Positions 47,123 to 61,475 of a stretch of 64,000 nucleotides of DNA are shown in pieces. Within the stretch, counting starts at the first letter, position 1. Each line of letters begins with the position of its first letter. The notes beneath the pieces were generated by a model. It ran no database searches, was not told where the DNA came from, and saw only the letters and a program-made list of their open reading frames with translations. This stretch comes from Leptogorgia sarmentosa. Taxonomy: Eukaryota. The position numbers and the translations under genes were made by a program. The stretch covers positions 10,664,001-10,728,000 of the forward strand of contig OZ210885.1 of NCBI GenBank assembly GCA_964658305.1, in the 5' to 3' direction.

Positions 47123-49259
47123 CTACAACGCATGATGGATACTCGTCAGACTGATGTTTCAATAATGTCTAACCCTAGACGATTTTATAAAATCTTGTTT
47201 TTAATTGTGTCCCTCTCCGGCGCTGAACATGCTCTGGCTGTTGCTGGCTCATGTTTTTACACTGCGTTTCACTGCGCTCTACACGACGTTTACAGTTAAC
47301 CGCTGGTTTGAAGATACGCAGTCGCTGGAATCTTCAAACCAGCTCTTGCAATTATTGTTTGAATATGAACAATTTGTACTTTTGGCGGTGGTTGAGAGGT
47401 GCTACTCAAACAGACGTATCTGGTTTTCCCCGGAAATCATTTTACTACAGCTACGTTGTAAAACTGCTGTTCCTGGCATCAAACACAAAAAGAATTAGTG
47501 AACATGGTCCAATCACACGATACGATGCCGTTTGTAAATTTCATAAACCCACCCTATACCATAGCCACATTGTGATCAAATTGTATGCATTGTACAGAGC
47601 ATCCATACCAGTGGTACTGTTGGTAAAACTTGGTTACAGATCGCGAAAGTTAGAACCGTAAAGCAAGGGCCATGTATGCCAGTGGGCTTCGCTTCAAAAT
47701 AATGAAAATATACTTTGTTTTCAAATGTAGTCGATTATATACAAGTTGTAACCTGTTGTACAGTACAACAGGTTACAGGTACGAGTTCAGTAAAATGGTC
47801 GAAATGTACGACGGATTACAAACGAGCTCTCTTTCTCTCCAACACGTTTCCGAAAGTTGAAATACAAATTTTTATAAATCTTTTTTTTTCACTGAGTATA
47901 TACCGCACGAAATAAAAACAAACACCATTGAAATCCTAATAAAATGATCTTTCGAACGGTGGGTCGCATGGTAGTTAAAACACAACACACAAAAAAATAA
48001 AGATTGATCGTCGGAAACGTAAGGCATATTAGCATCTATCTGAGAAAAACAGAGTCCAATATGTTGAATTCCATGTCCTTATTTCTCCTTGAAGCCGCAT
48101 AACCATGAAACCTGTTTTATGAAACTTCATCTTTCCTTAAGGAAGACCTTTTTACCTATACCCTTGTAAAAAGGTAGAAATATAAAATTTTCTACCGCGA
48201 TTTTATTGGTACTACTCCGAAGAACTGAAAATCAGTGGTTGCAGAGTTATGGTCGAACTAAAGGTCGAAAATATGCATCTAAGTATTGTGGGTCACATTT
48301 TGCTGCGATGTATATTTCAATGGCTTCAAGTCAATACATTTTCCTTCTATTGCATTATATATGAACATTGCCTAGATATTAAGAGTTTTTTACGCTGAAT
48401 AACAAAGAGTGTATTTTTGTCCTTGTTGGGTGCGTAAAACTAGAGATACGGCAGCCAATTATAGTCATAGGAAGAATTCGACCTAAATTAATATAGCGTT
48501 CGGGAGAAAGAGTACTTTTCGTAAGAAACGGGAGTAACCTAGAATGTATTAACGATTATGCTGCATGAAACTGAGGAAATGCTTCTGAATTTCACATATT
48601 CGCTACGAAGCACAAGTTGAATATATACAGTGAATATTTAACTCAATGTGATGACTGCGTCGCTAATTAGAGTGTACTCCCACTCAAATATGGAACGTTA
48701 CGTGAAACCCAAGAACTGAAACGATATGCATCAATCCGCTTCATAAACGTTCTTGTATTAAAATGTGAAGCCAATTTTTTTTAGTAAATAGCGATGTACA
48801 CAGTGGCGTAACTACTAGGGGCCCAACCTGGCCGGGGGCCCTGGGAAGAGGTTTCTTCAGGGCCGTGGCTAATGTGAAATTCAAACAATTTTTATTGAAA
48901 CTGAAGATGCAAAAAAAGTTCGAAGTTAACAAAATGTTTGATATCATTCAGTAGCTAGCTGAAACAATTTTGTTGCCTTTTAAATTGTGCTTGGATGTTG
49001 ACAGTATATTAATTGTTGTATATTACAGCCAAACTTTTACTGTTGTCATTGTTTCTGCTTTATAGGAACTTATTTTAGTGTGCTTCTTTTTACGGAACGT
49101 TTTTGTCTTTTGGGTATAATTGAAGCAGAAGAGATGTTAAATAGCTATAATATGTTCGATAAGAAATAGCAGAATTAAAATGCATATCATATGCAGAATT
49201 CAGGAGAATATTTCGTAGAGTTAGGATAGTAAAAATGCGAAGCTAAGAGGTATAATTAA

Positions 49260-50098
49260 AGTGCCTATAACCCCAATTTTTGTTTTAATGTAATTTAAGA
49301 GAGTGTTATTTTAGAAGATTTTTGGCGCAAAAATTTTTCAATTTGGTTAAATACCCTGGTCGCTAGCTCAGGCGAAGTTCATACTATATTTGGTTCACAG
49401 CCGCGCTATGTAGGAGATTGGGGAGAGTAGTGTCTGTGACGTAAATTCCGGACAGTGTATGTCAACACCATCAGTGTCATATGGCAGATGTGATAGACCT
49501 TTTAGCCACGCTTTTGAGGTATTTTGGAATTTAAGTTTTAAATATCGACCTTGAAAGACTTCCTTCGTCTCAAACATTTGCATAACAATGCGAGAAATCT
49601 TCGTGTTTAAAGTGCTTCGAGCATATGACTGCTCGACTCGTCGGTTTCCAGTTCGCACGTGTCTGGCAAACAAAATCGACCCACTTTTTTCTTCTTTTCT
49701 TGGCCTCCGTACTTTCATCTCCGGAAAAAGGAATAGCATGAAGAGATATTCCTTCCCGCACATTCCTAGTGTTGCTACAACCGTATACTACGCACCTTTC
49801 AGGCATATTTTCTTCGTAATTCTTCCTATGAAGCGCGCTATGCAAATAATGCATTAAAATTTCCTATTGTGTTCTTGTCATGTTGTCCGGAATTTACGTC
49901 ATACATTCGCTACCAGGCTACTAACATTAAAACTCGGTCGTGAACCAAAATGGCGGCAATTTTAAATCAAATTCGCTGCTTCTGGGATGGCTTAGCACTA
50001 TACAATGCCTCCAAATTGAAAAATTTTTGCGCCAAAAAATCTTCTAAAATGACACTCTCTTAAATTACATTAAAACAAAAATTGGGGTTATAGGCACT
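49260..50098 (-). mobile_element. Kolobok-like non-autonomous element retaining a THAP domain
   Basis: TTAA TSD, AG...CT termini, about 88-bp TIRs; ORF 49806-49570 MPERCVVYGCSN...KKW...ICSKHF is a C2CH THAP finger. Confidence 0.8.
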
Positions 50099-50551
50099 TT
50101 AAGAGGCCATCCACAACAGTTCAACCGAGGGCCGTCACTGGAGATTTACGCCATTGAATTTGCAACGTAAAACAAACATTTTGTGAACGTACTTTCAAGT
50201 ATTTTTATTTGAAGAAAAAATAATTATTTTAATTTAATAAAAGTATTCCAATATTCAATTTGGTACCGGCGGGGTAACATATTTCCGAAAGTATGATCAT
50301 TTGCGGAGTTATTTGACAAACATAATATGAAAAGGATTTAATTTTTTCTCCAATGGCATCGTTGCTGGTGTTGCTTCAGAACCGTTAAATCCGTACACGT
50401 CAGCAAAATCTTATTTCTTATCGAAACTCGCGCACTTTAATACTAACTTTTAAGCAGAGCGGAAGTCGAGAAAACGTTTATGCAAATTTTCGTTTACCTA
50501 TTCTGAACAACATTTTGATATCCTTGTTTGATTTGTGTTTAAGATGCTTAC

Positions 50552-50770
50552 CATCGTCTGTTCCAATAAACACTCGCTGATCATCTGCACTGAAATCCAA
50601 GGCATTAACGTAACTCTCCCCTTGGAACACAAAAAGCTGTTTATAACTGTCCATTCTCCAAAGGATTGTACTGCCGTCCAACGATCCTGACGCTAGTATT
50701 GTTCCACTTTGTGACACAGCCAAACAGCTAACTTCCTCAGAATGTCCCTGTAGTTGTTGAACTTCTCTAC
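50552..50770 (-). CDS. NB-ARC/WD40 gene exon (WD40)
   Basis: ACAG acceptor, GTAAGC donor; LQGHSEEVSCLAVSQSGTILASGSLDG. Confidence 0.85.
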
Positions 50771-53265
50771 CTGTTTATAAAATAAGATAGCACGTACATA
50801 AAATGGTGTAATAGATCATTTTCACTCATAATCGTTACTACACTGGAAGTATTGTTCAAAACACTGCGGCGATAAAATAAATGATTGAGACAAGTAACTA
50901 TAACATTAACTAACCCATCAGCTACACTCTGTTTACACCGCTTACTTTCATTTTTACTATTACGTAGCTACAGCAACTTAAACAGCAATGTAAGTTATAG
51001 ACAAACACCGAAACGATTGTTAATACTAAAAACAAAATAACAGCAATTATAAACTGTAACAGAATTAACTGTGGCGTTTTTCACAGGCGTGTGTTTTTAT
51101 TCGTTAATTCTTGGGATTTCATAAAGGTATGCCCTCATCTTTGTTGTGCATGTCCACAGATATAGGTATCGAGTCAACTGGGGTTGATTGCGAATTCTAC
51201 TATAATATAAGTGTGCGAAATGTTTTTGTGACGTCTTGAACGCTTGGGTAAGATTCGCTACTGGTCCCCGTTGGCTCAATAACTAAAGTGGTAGAGTAAC
51301 GGTCAAGTAACCTATACACGTAATCTATTGCTGTTTTGATGTAACAAATTATATATTCGTTTATTATATCGTAAATTTCACGAGAACATACTATACAAAC
51401 ATGGGTTTAATTGTAGAGCAGCCACACTTATGGCTGTTTTCCAATGCCGAACAGTTTACTGAAATTTATAATATATTTACTAGAAATACATACATGCAGC
51501 AACCCCTCGCCTTACTAACCAATTAATGCAACTATATTTTTGGAACAGGAAGTACTACAAAGGCTGCCGAGGTTGTTGTCATGGCAACACGATCGGAAAT
51601 TCATATTTCTGTATTTTTTTAAAACTGTCAAAACTATCAGCTTTTATCTTTGTTTTATTGGCATTTTTTTTAAGTTGGTGAACCAGTTGTTATCCGTACG
51701 TTATTAGGACTAAGATAAACTTGAATTTATTGCGAAATACTACATTTATTTGCATGAAACGTTTTATTTAAATATTCAAGTCAGTCTTTGATATACGAGT
51801 TTCCGGCCAATGTTCGCTCGTTTTAGGGTAAAATTTGTAAATATTTTGTGAAGCCTTGCATTTAAAAACATAAACTTATACTCTGGAATTGAACCGTTAC
51901 TAGATTAAATGCGGCTACGGCCGGCGACCTTTCATACAAATATTTAATAAATATACGCAAAACAAAAGTTCACTGCCGACAATATATTGACGAACTTATC
52001 GCTCCTGTGTGTCAATTCATGGTCGTTTCTTCCCCTTTATCAGCGTTTTATATCTTCTGAGAAGGCTTTTCAAGTCTTACAGCGTAGATATTGTTTTTGT
52101 TTTCGCCTTTCCAAAAGCTTTAAGCCTTTAAAAAACTTTTTAAAAGCTTTAAAAAGCTTCGGCTCTTCATGATAGTCCACCATCTTTTTGAGATCAGTGG
52201 TGACCACCCTTCGACGATGACCCAAAATGGCCGCCAAATCGAGCAACTTTCAACTCGCTATGCGGAATTATTACCCTCGCCCCGGGCTAACGCCCGGACG
52301 GCGCTTCGCGCCGTGGCTCGGGGACTAGTGTTTAAAATTTAGCGGCTGATGTTGGTGGTAGAGCAGAAAGTAGATAATTGGAAAGCATGCATGAGGCCAT
52401 AAACAGGAAATGTTCTATACAGTGAATACCAATGATTGCACAGGAATGTTGTCCTACTTGTATTTGTAATTACTGAACTTTCACATTTTAAAATTGGCAG
52501 ATATCATTTATGCACACGATTTCTTAATAATTGTATGTTTTATTGTTTAGAAGAAATAATATGTCACCCTGTCCGAATTAGTTTTTATAGTTTGATTAAT
52601 ATGTTGCAGACAAAAGCATTCCCTCCAGTCATTTGTGAGATTTTTTTTATTTTTTACCCAGTAAACATTGATCCTGTTCAAGAAATGACTGAATTAATTT
52701 TTATCCCAGCGTAAATCTGGACGAACATGTCTCTTCAAGTATCTAATCCAAATTTCAAATATCATCATATGACGACGACTGCCGTACATGATTGGCTAAT
52801 TTTCTAATGAATTATTAATTACTTTGAGTGTAAACCTTTGTTCCCTCACCCATATCAACTGCATATTAACTATATTCTCATTTCAATTGAATAACCAAGA
52901 TCAAAGCTTTTGTTTAGCTAAAAAGGCATGTATGAATATGTTTAAAATATAATGATAATATATACGCTATAATTCAATTTGTCTGCTTCCAAAACTGAAA
53001 CTTTTCTCAAAAACCGCGGCAGTGGGCTACAGGTCTAATTATCCGTGTAACGAAATGAGATTTGGATGGCGTGATATTATTAATACTTACTTATTTGCGC
53101 GAAATATGACGTGTGTATACAGTGGTTTATTTTACACTGCACCAATATAGCTTTTTTTTATTTTATCAAACTGTCATCAGGCATTTCTGTCATTTCTAAT
53201 AGAAAGACAACTGCATTGTGCCTATGTTAAAAAATGATGTCATAGCAATTTTGTAGCAGAGGATT

Positions 53266-53626
53266 AGGGACCTTAAGATCTACAACGTGACCAACTCGAC
53301 GACGAGCTTTCCAAACAAACAAATTTTTATGTTGAACAAAAACCAAGCATAAATTGTGGTATCAACGGCATTTTTGTTATCAACGCAACGTTAAGCCAAG
53401 CATTATAACGTCTTCAAAGCAACGTGAAGGCTGATTACAACGTGAGAGCTGTAAATTCAAGTTGACAACACAGCAACGATCGCATTGCTTTAGCTAAACC
53501 TGTGTAGCTGTTTCTTGAAAAAATTCCAACATCTATTTAAAGTATAAAAAGGTCAGCACTCATTTTCAAGCTGAAATTTAGACCCCGCGTCGTCGAGATT
53601 GTGGCGTTTTACATCTTAAGGTCCCT
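53266..53626. mobile_element. MITE
   Basis: TIRs AGGGACCTTAAGAT...CTCGACGACG / CGTCGTCGAG...ATCTTAAGGTCCCT. Confidence 0.7.
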
Positions 53627-54323
53627 ACTATCAATTATTGGACGACGTCGCACGAAATACCGCGAGTTATCGTTGGCGAGCGGATCAATTATTTGCCGAT
53701 TCCGAAAAGGGAAGCACGTAAGTAATCTGAGAACAACCGATATATAACTGAAGCAAAGCATAGCCACATTGCCTAGAGTGATGCGAAGCATAATGGGACG
53801 AGCCCTGAGGCCAGTGGCCAGTGAGGTCCATGAGATTATAGCGCCGTAAATTTCCGATGTAATCAACTACTGTACAAATGAAAGCACGAAAGTTAAACAT
53901 GTACTTTACTAAACTTTTTATCTATTTAGTTCATTATCAGCGCTAACAAAAAGAATTGAAGCTGAAGGCTAGTACAACGTTTCTTGACAAGGGGTGATTT
54001 TGCACTGCAAAGTTTTGTTGATGAATAACGTCACCCGAGTGGCTTTGCGAAATTGAGAGCGATTTAAAATTTGCTCAGTTTTTTTATACACGTATATCGC
54101 GCAGCCGCTCAACTTGCATAACTCAGAACTGATGATTCTTACAAATGTGAGTGAGGATATGGTTGCACATATAATTACAATTACAAGCAGAGGCGGCATT
54201 GAATCTGTGTTTTATCCCTTTTCCGGACAGACGATCGGTCAAAAGAAAAAAAAAACTATTGAAAACCCCAAACCTTGCCATTAGTTCTTTCCATAGTAGC
54301 TACGTTACCACACGGTTATTTAC

Positions 54324-54569
54324 CTGTGTCAAGATCAAAGATTGTGATTGAACCATTCCTTAAACCACAAAGGACAAGAGTAGCGGATGAAATATTGGAC
54401 GTCGCTAATGAGCATACCCTTGAATCAAACGTTTTTCGAAAGATCTCAGGGCCGCCAAGATCTAAACATGAGAATTCCGGTATAAGACGACAAGTCTCCG
54501 TGCATGTTGCACGGAGTTGCTCTAATAGCGTCTTTATCCCCGGAAACTCTTCATAAGATAGCAGTCTGC
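54324..54569 (-). CDS. NB-ARC/WD40 gene exon (end of helical domain, first WD blade)
   Basis: TTTCCCAG acceptor, GTAAAT donor; joins QLL-G-RLL as in Apaf-1-type helical domains. Confidence 0.82.
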
Positions 54570-55399
54570 CTGGGAAACAAAAATACACAACAGTATTAGC
54601 GCACGTAACAAATTCAAAAAATTTAAAATAGCATTTAATGATAAAGACAATTTTTGACCGGGAAAAAATTAAAACAGAACAACTAACGGGCCTATCTGAT
54701 TATACTATATATATATATATCTGTTTCTTGATTATTAACATAATAGGTTCTCAAAATTCATCATATGAGTTCTTTTCTAATTTCTAAAGGACGTTTTTGA
54801 TTGTTTTAACAAAACGTTCGTTCCCCTTCAGTGACTTTCATATAAAGGGGACATGAAGTAATATCAAAGTTTGAAACTGAGACACTGAAAAAAACATTTT
54901 TGAAAGCTTTGCAATTGTTGAAATGATGTTGTATTCTGTTTTATATTGTGACAGTAAAAAGAAAAGTAATTTATTTTATGATAACGGAACGAGTATTTAT
55001 GAAATGATTTATTTCCGCATATGTTACACTGACAAGGGTTAATTCTGCTATATTACCAGCAGTTGTCATGCTTAGTTGCTAGTTACAATTATTGACATCA
55101 GAACCAAAGATTAACAGAGTACAGTATGCATGTGTTCTTGATTGAGTTAGCAATGTTCTTTACGACGGGAAGCATATGCAACATGTGCGGTTATGCATGA
55201 AGTCCATAAATATCGACTTCAACTCTGGGAAGAATAATCCTTCTTTGGTCGTGTCTTGGAAATTTTCATTGTATATAGTCATTTTCAGGCCGGAAGTTGA
55301 GATCACAGAGATATTTACGATAGTGCTATAGTTCTCTTATCTGATCATTGGTGGCTGACAGTTGATAGTTGAAGTACAGATGAAATACTGCATAACAGG

Positions 55400-58300
55400 T
55401 AGCCTTATAGCTTTTATATACCGCTGTTCTGATTGACTTAGCTTCTGAGAAAATTCAACAAAATTAAAGTCATGGTTTCATCTGCCTTGATGGAGTCTAT
55501 ATAACTCAGATATTCGTTAATTCTAAAGCTTTCTTTAATATAGCTGCGACATTTTCGTCAAGATCAATCTCAGATGAAGGCTCTAAAATCACGGTTTCTG
55601 GCATTGGTGGTAACGGAAAATTAAATCTGCAAACAACCTCACCACTCTTCTTACACGTTTTAGAGTTGTTATGCCTTTGTAAATTTACGAGATCAGTTAA
55701 ATCATCTGAGTCAGCTTTACATGAAACATAACTATCGACAAACTCGGCAATATCTTCATCACTATCTTTACCATACTCAGGAACATTTTTTATCCAGAAT
55801 AAGCCGTGGATATGTGGAGAACCTCTTTGCCGAAATTCAACGCGATAGAATAGAAGAAGTCAACAACTTCACCAACTGGATGACTTGAGCTTTAAATAAA
55901 GTTGTGAATGAATAATTGTACCTATGTCGAAAATTTATTGCATATATGACTGGATCTTTCTGTATCAGTTCAGATTTCTTCAGCCATGTCATTTGTTTAA
56001 TTTCGTCGTTAGTAGAATCTTTATTGTCTATAAGACGACCAAGAATTTTAGTCAAATGAATCCACTGCTAACAATGAACACAACCACGTATAGGACTACC
56101 AAGCTGACGAATCATGGCAAATAGATCTTTTTTACACCTTTCAAAGTATGCAGGTGATCCGCGTAAATTTCGTAATCCTTCATCCAAAATTATTAACTCT
56201 GATTTTAAATTTTAACTTCAATTTTACATTTACGCAATGATAAACTTGCACTTCCTTGAATTTGCCTGATCTGTATTTTTTTTAGTTTGTAAAAAATGTT
56301 CGGCACAGACTGCGCGACTCTTCTATCTTTGCGTCGCAGTTCCCATTTACACATTGTGCTATAATGCTTTCAGCTTGACGTTTTCCACAATTAATGGTGG
56401 AAAAAAAAGATATTCAGAATCTTTGTCTGCAAATATACCACGTGGTCTAATTCCTTCTCCTGGTGCAAAACTTATTATTCTGTCACCATCTTGGGTAATG
56501 TCGGTTTCTTGTAATAATGTATCCATAAGACCTGATGACCGTTCAGTCACTGCACACCACTCATCATCTGTATCATTGTCAATGAAGTCATTATTTGCAT
56601 TTGTCTCAACTACTTCTTGACTGTGAGCGTTCAGATTTTCTCAAGTCTCTATTCCATCCGTGGAAATAAATTCTGACCACTTCTCTTCATTATTATCCAC
56701 TTGATTTAATACATAACTGTCCATTTGTATTCCTTCGTTTTCAAATATTTCACTAGTACGATCTAAGTATTGAGCTGCTTCTGAAGCTTTACTAATAGCA
56801 TTCTGAAATTGATAATGGTTACCAAGGGTTCGTTTTAATTTAATTGAAAATTTGAAATTGTTTGCGATTCATCAATTGGTCTTTGTAAAACGCTTATAGT
56901 AGAATTAACATCATCAGGTGCATTACCTACATTCCCATGATTACTTAATTGGCCTCCTCGAACTTAATTGGGAAGTTCGCGTACTTGCATAAAAGGTATT
57001 CTTGGTGAGATTAGTCTTTCTTCGAGAGGTGTCAAATCCTTTAAGACAGCAGGGTTTTCTTGGTGACTTATTTTATTCGCCTTATCACAAGTAGGACATT
57101 TGACAGCTTTTAGGTTCGATAGGTATTACATATCACTTCAGTATTGTCAATGCTTTTGAGAAAAGTAATACATAAATTGAGAAATTCTTTTGAACACGAC
57201 TTATACAAAGAAACATTATATTGGTCTGATGCTGGTATTATATACTGGTCAGAACATGTACAAATGTATTCTGGTCCAACACTAACGTTCTAATGAAATA
57301 ATTCAATGGCTGTTGATATGTTTGTTGACAACCTCGTATCAGAAGGAGTTACATTAATTTTAAAGTTTCAAATGAATTGTCTTGGAAGTTACATTTTAAT
57401 CTCGTTTGTTTCCGTACAAGACCTTTTCCTTTCAATATAACCCCCTTTTTAAAATATTTTGAACTCTTTATACCGGACAGTTTTTATTATAATTTCTATT
57501 TTAGTTTTTAGATGATTCCACAAACTTCTCAGGATTTAAATTTCTGTAAAATGCAGTAGCTCGGTTTCTACATTCTTCAGGTTTTTCAGGATTATTATGA
57601 ATATACTTTCCAGTGGCTTTCTTGGAGGACCGTTTAACCTTCTCGGGATTTCATTCTTTGTATGTTGCAGAAGCTTTTTGCCAAGATTCCTTAATTTTTT
57701 AAGTGTTCAAATTTTTATAGTTTTTATTATAAGACTTTTTCTTTCAAGTTCTTTGTTTTTAAATTTATCATCTTTTCTTCGCTCTTTTATATATTTTTTC
57801 CTCTCGTCTAATATTTTTAATAAGGCAAATCCGTTTTATTTTGATAAATTTTCGGATTTAGTTTGAGAATCTCGCGAGTTTGATTCGCTTTCAGAATCTG
57901 TCATTTGATTTGTTTGTACAGAAAAAGATTGTGTGGTAGACGTGGTTGACACGTAATGCAGCTCATCAAGATGGCCTATATAAATATCTCTCGCATTTCC
58001 TCCTTCAAACTCAGTATAAATAGTTCACAATTGTTGACTCGGAATAATTGAGTCCACTTTCCATGATCAATTATTTGTAACTTATTTGTATTAGCAACTG
58101 CCTGTATAATAGTATTGTCTGCCCATATACCAAGTGTCGACATACTTCGTAAACAATGCAACCATGACGGCTCAGTGTTATGTTCAATGAAATGTTCTGG
58201 ACAGTTTATTAAATTTTTCATTGCGAGAGCTCTTATTTGGAGATGACGATCTTCAGTTCCGTAAAGTTGCTGGCTAACACTACGAAAGAAGTAGTTAGCA

Positions 58301-58610
58301 TCACCGACAATATTTACTTGCTTACGCCCTTTGCGAGCTCATCTTGTTGTCAACACTGACATACGAGTAACATTCACGGGACCCGGATTTAACTCAATAT
58401 CACCACGCACACAAATAAGAAACAGATTATCACATGTAAAAATTCTTTGTACATTACATTTATTTACACGAACAATTTTAGCATTGTTTAATTGAAAACA
58501 TTTGTGTTTTCTTGTTCTGATAGTATGCGTGTTAGTAATTGTCAAACTCTTTTTGAGACAATCATTCTTTGTATGAAACTTTGTGTAGGCTTCAGAAATT
58601 GCCACATGTT
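55400..58610 (-). mobile_element. decayed Helitron/Helentron (2A-like peptide, OTU domain, Rep); many stops and frameshifts, ends undefined
   Basis: FYRVEFRQRGSPHIHGLFWI (HUH motif), CRFNFPLPPM, LRGSPAYFE..KKDLFAMIRQLG, LTPLEERLISPRIPFM; OTU remnants VGDANYFFRSVS and GHLDELHYVST. Confidence 0.85.
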
Positions 58611-59969
58611 TGTATTTGCAGGTTTTTGAATCACATATTTACGGTATCTTGTAGAGAGAAAATTGTACCAACATGATGATTTTTGAATGAAATGAAGCTT
58701 TTCATTCTACGCCTTTTGTCTTTATTGTGCTCATTTGAATAAACCAACTTTTTCATGGGAATGTCTAGATGGTTCACGATCACGTTTTCTAGCATGTCCC
58801 AAATGTTTTATACATCATGACCTACTTTTGTACATAAAAGTTCACCTTTTATATTCGTATTATAATCATTGTTACTTAGCTGTAAACTAGCATCGGATGT
58901 TGCTTTTGAATACTCTTGACACATTCCCAAGGTCATCTGCACTTTGATTCATACAAGTAAGCGTCTCATAAGCGTAATTGTTTCATATATAAATTTTTCA
59001 TCATTTCAGATAAGTCTCGTTTACATGAGGCTCGCTGGCAAGGGAAGCGAGTGGCGACAACACGTTGGTTATCTCCTCGTCTTTTACTTTTAAAGTCAGC
59101 CCTCTGACGAGTCAAGAGGTTTTCAGAAATGTCGCAAGGTTTGCACTTCATTTTCTTCGATCGTATACGAACAACTCCTTGTGTGTTGGCACGAATTCAT
59201 ATGACATTGTGCGACAGCCACATTGATACGTATCGATCTGCCAGCTAATTATTTTCATTACACGCAGCGTGTTGTGCACGTGTTCTGGCTGTTTATAATG
59301 ATCTTTGGCATCTTACTCAACTGAGTGTACTTCCATATTTAGTGAGCCAATCACATTGAATTACCCAAAGCATGCTTTACACGTGCTATACGAGGTACTG
59401 CGTCATGCGTAGACGCACGTAATGTGACGATTACATTTGCTGTAATTACAGCGTTTACATTTTGTGGCCTTGTGGTAGTCAAACATCGTTATCCACTTCA
59501 CTGATTGACGGCCCCACTCTAAGCGTTCGCCATGTTGTGTAGAAATTTTAATGCCCCGAATGAACGCTGAGTTTGCAATTTTTGCAAAAATTGAAATTCC
59601 GGAGGGGCTTTCCGGCATTGTGTACTCTAACTTGTGGGCTTCTTAGGTCACATTAGTGACATTACTCACCTAGCTTACTTTTCTATTCATTAGAGTAACT
59701 GCAAACCATGATGATCAACGATTTATAACTACATGCAATTGCATAATATTTGTAAGGATATCAGTCAATTATGGAGTTTGTACATGCCAAGATATTGGGA
59801 AGCACCCCCATGCCCCCCCCCCCCTCCTGAGTTTACACTATGAATGAATTACTGATGTGAATTTTCCCCACTCATCAAAATAATGCAAAATTTCTTCGAA
59901 ACTTTGCACTAAATAGTGAGGCAACTTAAACAAAGAATGAGATAAATTAAAGTTCATTATTTGAATTAC

Positions 59970-60392
59970 CTAGGAGTTGAGGACAGATTGAATCTGGGTT
60001 TTCGTTGATGACATCGGCAGAGAATATTAACGAGGATTTGAGAAGTTGGATTTCCTCCGATTCTGTGTCCACAAAACGAAAATCTGATATTACAGAGAAT
60101 ACGCTGACGTGTTTCGCTTTCTGTTTGAGCCAGTGTAGATCAAACAGCAACTGGAGTAGTTCACCATGTCGTCCCGAAGAATAAATGTGATAGGGTAGGT
60201 ACTTGAAATAATAGTCTTTTTGGCAAGTAGTTGAATTATCATTCCAGTCACCATCCACGCACAGGCCACAAAGTGTCTTTACGAACTTATCCTGAACATC
60301 ATTTAGTGTACCCATGTCTTGAAGTTTTGTCTGGGCAAAATCCAAAAGCAAGTCATGGACACGATAGCTTTTCTTTCCGTGGAGTTCAGGCC
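59970..60392 (-). CDS. NB-ARC/WD40 gene exon (winged-helix MHD-like motif, helical domain)
   Basis: YRVHDLLLDF, YYFKYLPYH, LLFDLHWLKQK; CAG/GTAATT boundaries. Confidence 0.88.
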
Positions 60393-60835
60393 CTGAAATT
60401 GATCGAAGTGTTAGGAAATCTGTACTAGAGGCGGACAATTTTTGAAATCTCAAAATCGCCGTTGAGTAGTATAGAAGGAGTTGTGCTATCAGGTTTTCGT
60501 AAATACGAAATGGCTTAGTCACAATAAGAATAATTATTGGCTATAGCGAGCCAAGAATAATGCAATATCTGTAAAAAGACACATAGACTTAAGGTAGTCT
60601 TGGTAAAACTCCTAATTCCTAAAAAGCAAACAATATTTTTTAATTTACATGATTCTCCTTATTATTACAAAACATCAAAAAATCCACTTGATCCACTTTG
60701 CAACCTGTATTACTGGTTCACTGACTGTTGTAAATTTTCGTTACTAATGACAATACTGCAAAGTGAACTTGGCACTGAAGATAAAAATTTTTAGGAGGAT
60801 GTGCAGATCAAAACCGTTAAAAGATAAAACTGTAC

Positions 60836-61475
60836 CTTTTAAGATCAGCGACTTTCTCTCGAGCACAGCAAGTATATCTTTGTGTTTCTGAGATTTGCGC
60901 GAAGTTTTTCCATTCTGGTTCTGTATCGAACACCACAGCAGCTCGAGTACATCTGACGGTATATCTGTATCCTCTGGAAATATAGCCAAATAAAGAAACA
61001 TCTCGCGTACACTTTCGTCTAGGCGTTGATAGCTCACATCAATGACTGCTAAGAGGTTATCATAAGGATAATCGACTTTGGGAAATAATGAACGAATTCT
61101 CTCCAGGTCAGCATTTTTAAGATCATCTAAAACATCCTCCCAGTCTTGTTCCGCACGAGTGTCCGTTAAATTTGAACCCACCAGTGACAGAGCCAGGGGT
61201 AAACCTCGACACTGCTCTAACAGGTCTGCAATAATTCGCCGTAAGTTTGGCGTTAACTGTTCTTCTGGACGTATCCCAGCGCTCTGATACAACAGCCCTC
61301 GGGATTTATCTTGTGGCATAATAACAAGTTCGTACTTGGTAATTCCCGAACCGCAGAGAACAGTAGCATCTCTAGTTGTTATTAGTAATTGGCATTTGCC
61401 AGATAAGCAATTGAATACAGCAGCGTCGTCCACCTTCCAAACATCATCAACAACAACCAAACAATCTTTATCCAT
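60836..61475 (-). CDS. NB-ARC/WD40 gene exon (Walker B, sensor, GLPL)
   Basis: CLVVVDDVW, LLITTR, CRGLPLAL, LAIFPED. Confidence 0.9.
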
